From NCBI GenBank assembly GCA_036507075.1, contig DASXQR010000024.1, positions 1 to 39,891 on the forward strand: 39,891 nt of DNA, given 5' to 3'. This document shows positions 29,401-36,438 of the stretch, piece after piece. The notes beneath the pieces were generated by a model. The model had not been told where the DNA came from. It made no database searches and saw only the letters and a program-made list of their open reading frames with translations. How positions within the stretch are numbered: the stretch's first letter is position 1; the number at the start of each line of letters is the position of its first letter. The stretch comes from Acidobacteriota bacterium. GTDB lineage: Bacteria > Acidobacteriota > UBA6911 > JACQSX01. The translations under genes were made by a program, and so were the position numbers.

Positions 29401-29673
29401 CGCCTTGAGACGATAGATTCCAGGTCTCAACTCCGGAACCTCATAGTCACCGTTTTGTCCGGTGATGACTGTTCTGACATGAACATTCGTGGCCACGTCG
29501 GTCACAACCACTTCTACACCGGGCACGACCGCCCCGCTTTGATCGGCCGCCGTTCCACGAATCGTCGCCAGAGCCGATTGCGCCATTGCGCTGCTGAAAG
29601 CAAAAATAGAAACGGTGAAAAGCAGACACGCCAAGCGGGTCGTCCCCGCAGTATCAGGACGGATGTTTGACAT
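26470..29673 (-). CDS. Oar-like TonB-dependent receptor with a carboxypeptidase-regulatory-like N-domain
   Basis: ATIRGTAADQSGAVVPG, PFPGNIIPANRI, LTLDYGLRWDY, NLFNTPHF and C-terminal LRIEW; RBS present. Confidence 0.95.
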   Translation of the reverse strand: MSNIRPDTAGTTRLACLLFTVSIFAFSSAMAQSALATIRGTAADQSGAVVPGVEVVVTDVATNVHVRTVITGQNGDYEVPELRPGIYRLKAELPGFKAFIADNVALESGQMRRVDVQLQVGESTQQIVVEAGSAVMTTDSGAISGSIDKKQFADTPLIDVYPSPLAMLSTIPGVQGAGWEITVSGQTRTQLSQAMDGIENDRTGEQTNNMNFFEEVTVVTVNNTADHSRVANYNMTSKRGENAFHGTVYYKHFNSGLNSKLFFDPRKTPFIQHEWQAEAGGPIFKDKTFFYASWMGQRIPLGFFKRADVPTLRLRQGDFSQIGRAINDPRTGQPFPGNIIPANRISEVALKAQQLYIPEPNLGGPNDLTNNFGFTHPFHYDFFKGDWPFIRIDHNISANNTLYARWLQRRTPYVLDSGLPNFIWTRLRDHRQTVVSDTHLFSPRVVNTFRFGWNSDYIVDGQETSGVSPLNGAEAVKQLGVQGVNRGNFSAQGFPRMNITGFTTLSTTAGGVRADDSDFAYEDSLTWSAGSHVWKLGGELKTFRAFDGVIPEGTFGTFTFNGTITGHPYADFLLGIPQSSTRLDPFTNRTRNNREVGLFLMDTFKVNQKLTLDYGLRWDYYDLPTYQDGLQFNWDPKTGNVIVPEKALSKISPLYPKTINIVTGEVVPKSKLTNIRPRFAVAYRATDRLVIRGGYGVFTERIDYFARIQGGGPFQISETYTNAIQGGQPLFSFPNPFPTSLASAGIPSQSVTGYPMDTDNGAIHQFNLSVEREFGDIGLRVSYIGSRSRGLNYNVNINKPRPSETAFAQSRRPYPQFIGTTLAFSNGSAKYDSLQVQAMRRMGAVTFNAHWTWANNLNNMQNTENPYNVLAHWSRFGGDRRHNAVISAMIELPWGQGRRYLSKAPPVVDQIIGGWTLQTISYLATGEYFSPSFSGADPSGTNTVGGLPDRVADGNLGSDKRTYNRWFDPLAFAPPPRGRFGNSGVNILEGQGLNVHHLSMVKRFRLTERFSTTFTSSVSNLFNTPHFNNPRTNITAADPGKFTSVVPDYAPEKHTNRRIMMKLRIEW

Positions 29674-29726
29674 ACCTATTCCCCCTCCCCAGGAGATCGG
29701 ATCAATGCTGGTCTAGATTTATCAAA

Positions 29727-29755
29727 AAGTTAGATTCGATGGAGCTTTTTGTCAA
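29727..29755 (-). promoter_or_regulatory. Sigma70-like promoter of the TonB-dependent receptor
   Basis: TTGACA-17 nt-TAACTT on the minus strand, about 55 nt upstream of the ATG. Confidence 0.55.
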
Positions 29756-29806
29756 ATAAAAACCTCGCAAAGTGGAGAGGCGGCCCGATGGTCGTCTCGG
29801 GCAAAA

Positions 29807-30203
29807 AAATTGGCCACAGAGCAACAGTGCAACGGAGCCGCAACCAAAAAAAAGACAAATTCCTTATAGAGCCGCGCAGCGGCGGCCAGAATTGTAGCCC
29901 CGGGTGGAGCGAAGCGGAACCCGGGGTTAACCGGCCCATCTGGACAAGCCCCGGAAGGGGCGACAGACGGTGGCCGTCGCACCCTCTGGCGCCCCTCCGG
30001 GGCTGATCTGCAAATAATGCCTTACCCCGGCCTCCGCTTCGCTGCGGCCGGGGCTACAATTCTTACGCCGCTGCGCGGCTCTATAAGGAAAAAGTCTTTC
30101 TTCCTGAGAGAATTCTCGCAGTTAGTAGTACAGAGGCACAAAGTACCATTCGATAAGTCTTCTATTTTCATGCTCCGTGTCATTGTGGCTTTGTGGCCAA
30201 TTT
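29807..30203. mobile_element. REPIN-like doublet (29861-30089) nested in a 9-mer inverted element
   Basis: Inner tccttatagagccgcgcagcggcg / cgccgctgcgcggctctataagga with gaattgtagccccgg / ccggggctacaattc; outer aaattggccacagagcaacagtg / cattgtggctttgtggccaattt. Confidence 0.8.
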
Positions 30204-30215
30204 CTTCACAGCTTC

Positions 30216-31373
30216 TCATGTCCGCGGTACCGTACTCCCGCGTGCCGGGCCAAAACGTTGGCCGGTGTGCTTTTCTACGGCATCCATATTGATGGAGATG
30301 CCCAAGCCGGCGCCATCGGGAATGGGGAGCATCCCTTCCGAATCCAGCTTCCAGGGGGTTTCCACCAGATCGTCAATAAACGGGGATCCGGTGAGGTATT
30401 CGACCATGTCGGTGTTTCGGCTCGCGGACGCAAGGTGAAGATCTGAAGCCAGTCCCAGTGCGGTGTTCCACCCGTGCGGGATGAACCGCACGCCGTTCTC
30501 CTCGGCCATCCACGCGATCCGACGTTCTTCGCTGATGCCCCCGACCTTGGTGACGTCCGGCTGTACGATGTCGAACGCCCTCTGCTGCAGCCATGGAGTG
30601 AACGCTTGTCGCCTGGTCAAGACCTCGCCACCGGCGATCGGCACGGGTGAACTGTTTCGCAGAAGCACGTAGTCGTGCAGGTTATCCGGTGGAAGGGGTT
30701 CCTCGAACCAGTACACATCGTAATCAGCGAGCATGCGAGCCGTTCGCGCCGCCCAGTTGTAATCCTGGCGCCAAAATGCGTCGCTGGCGCCCGCATCAAC
30801 CATGAGCAGAGATTTCGATCCAACAGTCTCGCGCGCCGCGCGAACAAGTCCCTCGTCTACGGCGAAGCCATGACGCCCAAAAGGTCCCCAGCCAATCTTG
30901 AAAGCGCGAAATCCCTGAGAACGGACCGCAGCCAGATGCTCGGCCATGGCCCTGGGTTCCTCCATCAGGAGGGATGCATAAGGCCGCACCCGGTCGCGAT
31001 ATCGCCCTCCGAGCAGCCGGCTCACCGGCTGGCCGGTGGCCTTGCCCAGAATGTCCCACAAAGCGATGTCGATTCCGCTGATCGCGTGCGTGATGGAGCC
31101 GCCGCGTCCCATCCAAAACGTATTGGCATGCAACTTTTCGCCGACCCGTTCCGGTTCCAGCGGGTTTTCGCCCGCGTACAACGGCTCGAGCACGTGCAGC
31201 GCGCCTCGCACCAGTTCATCGTTGGTGAATGCCGAGCCCCATCCGGTAATGCCTTCATCGGTGAACACGGCAATCAGTGTATGGACGCAATCCTCCGGCC
31301 GGATCTCGTTGGCCCACCCGCCCGCAGGTGTGCCATGGCGCAAGCCCGCGGACCGGATCTCCGTGATTCGCAC
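30216..31373 (-). CDS. Mandelate racemase/muconate lactonizing enzyme family protein (probable acid-sugar dehydratase)
   Basis: ISGIDIALWDILGK, metal ligands MVD/FEEP/GGE, QPDVTKVGGI, PHGW and PDGAGLG; GAGG RBS before the GTG. Confidence 0.93.
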   Translation of the reverse strand: MRITEIRSAGLRHGTPAGGWANEIRPEDCVHTLIAVFTDEGITGWGSAFTNDELVRGALHVLEPLYAGENPLEPERVGEKLHANTFWMGRGGSITHAISGIDIALWDILGKATGQPVSRLLGGRYRDRVRPYASLLMEEPRAMAEHLAAVRSQGFRAFKIGWGPFGRHGFAVDEGLVRAARETVGSKSLLMVDAGASDAFWRQDYNWAARTARMLADYDVYWFEEPLPPDNLHDYVLLRNSSPVPIAGGEVLTRRQAFTPWLQQRAFDIVQPDVTKVGGISEERRIAWMAEENGVRFIPHGWNTALGLASDLHLASASRNTDMVEYLTGSPFIDDLVETPWKLDSEGMLPIPDGAGLGISINMDAVEKHTGQRFGPARGSTVPRT

Positions 31374-31398
31374 AGTTCTACCTCGACTGGAGTCGGAG

Positions 31399-31404
31399 TA
31401 TAAT
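31399..31404 (+). promoter_or_regulatory. Candidate -10 box of a leaderless transcript
   Basis: Perfect TATAAT 7 nt before ATG 31412. Confidence 0.5.
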
Positions 31405-31411
31405 CGCCGCC

Positions 31412-32395
31412 ATGTTACGACGCAATTTCGTCAGCAACCTTGTGGCCGGCAGCATGGGGGCACAGTTGGCGCCTCCTCAACAACAGCAGCGGCCGCAGTC
31501 GTCCCCTGAAACTTTGCTTGAACGCCCCATCACTGGCCAACCGCACAAAGGGCAGGTGCTTCTCGCACTGCAGGCTCACTCCGACGATATCCCTCTGATG
31601 GCGGCGGGCACCGTGGCCAAACTGATTGAAGAAGGCTATACCGGGTACCTCGTTCGCGCCACCAATGACGATATGGGCGACGCGCCCGGCCTGGGCACGC
31701 CAGGAACGATCGGCGAGAACGTGCTCGGCAACGAGCGTGACAACGTCGAAGTGGCTCGCGTTCTGGGTTGCAAAGGCCATTTCGACCTGAACTACCCCAA
31801 CCACCGCATGGGCGATGTTTCGCTGAACGAGTTGATCTGCCGGCTCATTTTTCTGATTCGCTTGCTCAAGGTCGACACTGTCGTTTGTTGGGATCCCTGG
31901 GCGCACGACGAAGAAAATCCCGATCATTACATGCTGGCCCGCGGCGTGGAGGCGGCGTGCTGGATGGCCGGCCGGGCGCACGATTACCCCGAACAGTTCG
32001 CGGCGGGCCTCCAACCGAAGACGGTGAGCGACAAGTATTACTACGCCCGGCGTCCCGAGATCACGCGCGTCGTGGATATCAGCAGGCAAATCGACAAGAA
32101 AGTGGAAGCCAACCGGGCCAACCAGGCGAAGGGCCCGGCGGGACGCCACGGATCGCGCCTGCGGGCGGAACTGGCGAAGCGCAAGCAGCGCCTGCCGCTT
32201 CTGGGCGACGACGACGTCACCGCCGATCGCAATTACATCAAGGAGTTCGCCATGGCGCGCAGCCGCGAGCTTGGCAAGCAATACGGCGTTGAATACGCCG
32301 AAGCCTTTCACTACATCGCACCGGGCGCCTCCGGCGCGGACCGGGATGCCCGCATCGACACTTATGTCAAAGAGCATGCCGTGCCATCAAAGTAG
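31412..32395 (+). CDS. PIG-L family deacetylase with a Tat-like N-terminus
   Basis: AHSDD, ENPDH and GVEYAEAF; N-terminal MLRRNF. Confidence 0.88.
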   Translation: MLRRNFVSNLVAGSMGAQLAPPQQQQRPQSSPETLLERPITGQPHKGQVLLALQAHSDDIPLMAAGTVAKLIEEGYTGYLVRATNDDMGDAPGLGTPGTIGENVLGNERDNVEVARVLGCKGHFDLNYPNHRMGDVSLNELICRLIFLIRLLKVDTVVCWDPWAHDEENPDHYMLARGVEAACWMAGRAHDYPEQFAAGLQPKTVSDKYYYARRPEITRVVDISRQIDKKVEANRANQAKGPAGRHGSRLRAELAKRKQRLPLLGDDDVTADRNYIKEFAMARSRELGKQYGVEYAEAFHYIAPGASGADRDARIDTYVKEHAVPSK

Positions 32396-33407
32396 TTCGA
32401 GGGAATCCTGCGCAGGCCGACAATATGCTCGCCGCATTTTCTGCATTGCCCTTGTCATGGCCGCAGCAATTCCCGTTTTGTCGCAGAGCGCCTCACAGAC
32501 TGCGACTCCTTCCCAGTTGCAGGAGCCGCCTGCGTGGCAGTGGAGCTGGGAAAAAATTCAAAGCATCGTGGGAAGAGTTCGCGCAGGGAAGGATCTCACC
32601 CCGAAAACGTGGCCAGGAGGCAATCGAGTAGCCGTGGCGCTCAGCTTCGACCTGGACAACGAAACCCCGTCCCTTCGGGATGGGAATTTCAGTCCGTCGG
32701 AGCTGTCTCAGGGCGAATACGGCAGCCGCGTAGCTCTGGGCCGCGTGCTGGCATTGCTGGAAAAACATCAAATCCCTGCAAGCTTTTTCATTCCCGCCGT
32801 CGTGGCCAAACTCTATCCGAATTCCGTCAAGCAGATTATTGCCGGGAAACACGAGATCGGGATTCACGGGTGGATCCACGAGCGAAACTCAGCGCTGACT
32901 GAAGATGACGAGCGCCGGTTGATGAAACAGGCCGCCGACACGCTCGAGCAGATCTCCGGCAAGCGCCCGGTCGGGCTGCGTACCCCATCATGGGATTACA
33001 GCCCGTTCACGATCAAATTGATTCGGGAGCTGGGCTTGGTTTACGACAGCAGCCTGATGGCCGACGAACGGCCCTATGAAGTCCTCTTTGAAGGGAAAGC
33101 CACAGGCGTGGTGGAACTTCCCGTCGAGTGGATCCTGGATGATTATCCTTACTTTGGAATGAACCGTTTTTCTACAATCCGGCCTCACATCGGTCCTGAA
33201 GACGTCCTGGATATCTGGAAAAAGGAGTTCGACGTAGCCTACCAGGAAGGGAGTCTCTTTTTGCTCACCATGCATCCGCACATCATCGGGCATCGCTCGC
33301 GTGTCGTCGTCCTGGAAAAGCTGATCCTGCACATGAAGTCAAAACCCGGAGTCTGGTTTGCGCGCCACGATCAGGTGGCGGAAGCAGCGCGCGCCAATCT
33401 TCCGTGA
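32376..33407 (+). CDS. Secreted polysaccharide deacetylase (CE4, PuuE/HpPgdA-like)
   Basis: SFDLD, HEIGIHGWIHE, RTPSW, YDSSLM and LTMHPHIIG; start uncertain. Confidence 0.9.
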   Translation: MPCHQSSSRESCAGRQYARRIFCIALVMAAAIPVLSQSASQTATPSQLQEPPAWQWSWEKIQSIVGRVRAGKDLTPKTWPGGNRVAVALSFDLDNETPSLRDGNFSPSELSQGEYGSRVALGRVLALLEKHQIPASFFIPAVVAKLYPNSVKQIIAGKHEIGIHGWIHERNSALTEDDERRLMKQAADTLEQISGKRPVGLRTPSWDYSPFTIKLIRELGLVYDSSLMADERPYEVLFEGKATGVVELPVEWILDDYPYFGMNRFSTIRPHIGPEDVLDIWKKEFDVAYQEGSLFLLTMHPHIIGHRSRVVVLEKLILHMKSKPGVWFARHDQVAEAARANLP

Positions 33408-33463
33408 AACCGTGGCGTCGATTTTTTCACACGCTCGTACAGAACCGGGGCGCAGGAGATTCC

Positions 33464-35779
33464 ATGTTTCTTAGAAGTCCTGGTGGGATTCTCCTCCTTC
33501 TAGCTCTTCTCCTTTTCTTCTCCTCTTCCTCTCAGGCTCAGATGCGTCGAAGCGACTACCTCGACTACATCAAGCGCGCTGCCGACGAGGGGTGGAAGGA
33601 ATATCCCGGCGTGATCGAGCGATGGAGAAACTCCCCGAAACATCACGAGCTCTGGGGCTACGACGCGCCCGGGCATCCGATTTACCTCGCAGACCTGCTC
33701 GCCTTTCTCTATCAGGAGACAAAAGACAAGACTTACGCGGAGAGAGCGCGCGAGATCCTGGCCGGGTACGGCGATCTTCGCGACACGTATCCAAAGGAGC
33801 TTCAGGCAACCCGCGTCGAGTACCGCGACGGTGTTCCTGCGATCTCGAACTTCTTCATCATGCCACCGTACGCCCGCGCATACCTGCGCATCCGCACCAG
33901 CGGCGTCATCGACGCGAAGACGCGAGAGAAGATCGAACGCGATCTCGCGTTCAGCCTTGATCACATTTTCCACTTTCCCGAATGGGGTGCTCACAACCGC
34001 GCAATGCTCCGCGCCGAGAGTTTGTATTACGGCGCAGTCGCGCTGGCCCATCACCCCAGTGCCGGTAAATGGAAACAACTCGCCGAGACCCTGGCTGCCG
34101 ACAGTATTCGACAGTGGGAGATCGAAGACGCAACCGGTTATCACGGCGTCTGGCTGTATTCGCTGTTCTCCTACGCGGATGTGAGCGGGCAACCGGAAAT
34201 ACTCCAATCCATCCAGGTGCGGTATTACATGGATTACTTTACGCAACTGCTCACACCGCACGGCAACATCGCCGACTTTGGCGACGCGCACTGGAACGGC
34301 GGGTGGGAACGCTTCGTCCCCGTGTTCGAAAAGGCGGCGACGCTCTATCGCAACCCGAATTACAAGTACGTCGCCGAGCAGCTTACCAGGCGCGCGGTCG
34401 AACGCATTGCCCGGTCCGCAAACAGCAGCCAGCCTTCGCTGGCAACCGTCTACGTCGGGACCGCCGTCGGGTCGGCATTTACCGATGCCTTTCGCTGGAC
34501 CGACGATTCGGTCAAGTCACAGCCGCCTGCCACGCTCAGCCAGGACGTGCTCGATGACCTGGTCGGCAAGAAGGTCGTTTTTCGCGATGGATGGGAACCC
34601 GCAAGCACCATGCTGCTGGTTAATTACCGTGACGAGGGCGACGGCGGATGGCTGGGACGCGATTACCTTCGGCAGAACCTCTCGGTCGAAGAGGAGAAGA
34701 TGCATCATGGCCACGCCGATGAGAACAGCATCGCGCTTTTGATGAGCGGCAGGTCGGTCCTTTTGCACGACGGCGGTTATCGTCCGGATCTGCCGAGCGG
34801 GCCAAACGGAGAATGGCGCGCCGATTATTTTCACAACCGCGTGGTGGCACGCAAAGACAAACGCGCCAAAGACCAGGGGATCTTTGAATTCATCCGCAAT
34901 TCCGGCGCGTACCGCCGGGTCACCACGCAAAAGATCGATTTCCTGAAATTCAAAGATGTCGAGGTCAGCCGTACCAGATTGACTGATGCGGATCTTGGAT
35001 ATCAATGGGACAGGATAATCACCTGGATCAGATCAAAGGATATGTTTGTCGTCGTCGACGGAGTCAAGGCATTGCGCAGCGACTATTTCACTTTCACGAA
35101 TCTCTGGCACACGCGAACGATTCTCAGTCAGGACAAGCAGAGCTTTGACACCTTCTACGATCAGATTCAGACCGACCGGCTGGCGAACAACAAAGCGCTT
35201 CTGATTCACTTTCCTGAGAGCGACTTCGGCAAACAAATCGGCACATACAAGGAGACACGCCACTTTCAGGACGAGACGGCGATTTACCAGACGATGTCCA
35301 GCTTTTACAACACCGGCGATATGGAATTCTTCATCACCATACTGCAGCTTCATGATCAGACTCCGGCTCAGGCCGAAGTCGCGCGCAGCAGCTTGCGACG
35401 AATACACGTGCTGCCGGTGGACAAGCCGGGGCGGGCGGTGGGAGTCTCAATCGTCGACGCCGATTCGACCGCCGCGCTGCTGGTCAAGCTCGATCTGGAC
35501 ATGGATCTGGCGCGCGAAAACATTCGTCCCAGATATGGCTTCCAGCGGGGGAAGGTGACGTATGGGGAGTTCACCACGGACGCCGCATTCCTTTACGCCG
35601 CGATTGGAGGCGGCCAAATCGCCTATGCGGCTTCGAACCTGACCAGAGCCATTTACCGCAATCGAACGCTGCTGGAAGCCCTTCCGAATACTTTCCCGCT
35701 GCAACTCGACGGTTCGCCGCCGCGCCCCGGATACGCGCGCTGGCGCTTCTGGGAAGATGTCGTAAAGCTGGCGAATTAG
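33464..35779 (+). CDS. Secreted heparinase II/III-like protein (alpha-toroid plus beta-sandwich; putative polysaccharide lyase)
   Basis: AGGAG RBS, signal peptide, HNR, EDATGYH, ADFGDA, HGHADENSI, LLHDGGY and FHNRV. Confidence 0.65.
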   Translation: MFLRSPGGILLLLALLLFFSSSSQAQMRRSDYLDYIKRAADEGWKEYPGVIERWRNSPKHHELWGYDAPGHPIYLADLLAFLYQETKDKTYAERAREILAGYGDLRDTYPKELQATRVEYRDGVPAISNFFIMPPYARAYLRIRTSGVIDAKTREKIERDLAFSLDHIFHFPEWGAHNRAMLRAESLYYGAVALAHHPSAGKWKQLAETLAADSIRQWEIEDATGYHGVWLYSLFSYADVSGQPEILQSIQVRYYMDYFTQLLTPHGNIADFGDAHWNGGWERFVPVFEKAATLYRNPNYKYVAEQLTRRAVERIARSANSSQPSLATVYVGTAVGSAFTDAFRWTDDSVKSQPPATLSQDVLDDLVGKKVVFRDGWEPASTMLLVNYRDEGDGGWLGRDYLRQNLSVEEEKMHHGHADENSIALLMSGRSVLLHDGGYRPDLPSGPNGEWRADYFHNRVVARKDKRAKDQGIFEFIRNSGAYRRVTTQKIDFLKFKDVEVSRTRLTDADLGYQWDRIITWIRSKDMFVVVDGVKALRSDYFTFTNLWHTRTILSQDKQSFDTFYDQIQTDRLANNKALLIHFPESDFGKQIGTYKETRHFQDETAIYQTMSSFYNTGDMEFFITILQLHDQTPAQAEVARSSLRRIHVLPVDKPGRAVGVSIVDADSTAALLVKLDLDMDLARENIRPRYGFQRGKVTYGEFTTDAAFLYAAIGGGQIAYAASNLTRAIYRNRTLLEALPNTFPLQLDGSPPRPGYARWRFWEDVVKLAN

Positions 35780-35787
35780 GATCTGGT

Positions 35788-36255
35788 TTTACCACAGAGG
35801 TACGATGCAGCCGAGCCGCAACCAAAGAAGCATGAAGGCAGGGTTGTGTGTATTGCAGACGGAATACCGCGAAGCGGTTAAAGAGAATAGCCGGGGGCAA
35901 GCGCGTTTTTTGCGCGCCGCCCCGGTCACGTGCACCATCCTCGAGCCCGACCCCTGAGGGGGTCGAAGACGCTCGGCGGCAACCGTTCCTGGAATATTGA
36001 GCGGCGCGTTCTGGCGCCCCTCCAGGGTGCGGTGGTGGTAGGAAACCTACCGGGCGCGGCGCGCAAAAAACGCGCTTGCCCCCGGCTATTCTCTTTGACG
36101 CCTTCAGCGTCCAGACCTCACCCGTCCAAAAACTGCTCAAAAAAACAAGTCTTTTACGAACAAGTACTACAAAAGGACACTGAAAAAAGCTTGCACAGTT
36201 GCTGACCACGACAAAGTAAAAAGTTTCTTTGTGTCCTTTATGCCTTTGTGGTGAT
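35788..36255. mobile_element. REPIN-like doublet nested in a degenerate 9-mer inverted element
   Basis: Perfect 41-bp IR 35880-35920 / 36056-36096; outer accacagagg... / ctttgtgtcctttatgcctttgtggtga. Confidence 0.8.
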
Positions 36256-36299
36256 CTCTTTTCCGCCAGGCTGGATCAATACCAGCCTCGCAACCTTTC

Positions 36300-36328
36300 T
36301 TGACTATTCTGCCTGGTTGGTCTACAAG
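36300..36328 (+). promoter_or_regulatory. Candidate promoter overlapping a GntR/FadR-like site
   Basis: TTGACT-17 nt-TACAAG; TGGTCTACAA at 36318-36327. Confidence 0.3.
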
Positions 36329-36438
36329 ACATTCCAACGCTTCTTGCAAAGTTCCTGGGACCTTGGTTTGGGCGGTCGCGTTTCTCAACGCGGTAAACGT
36401 CCTCCCTCAACCAATCTCCAGAACCTGGAGGGAACACA

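Noticed and set aside
29730..30292. Small ORFs across the palindromic regions (also 35571..36209 and 6080..6542)
   Set aside because: They are translations of GC palindromes with no recognisable motifs
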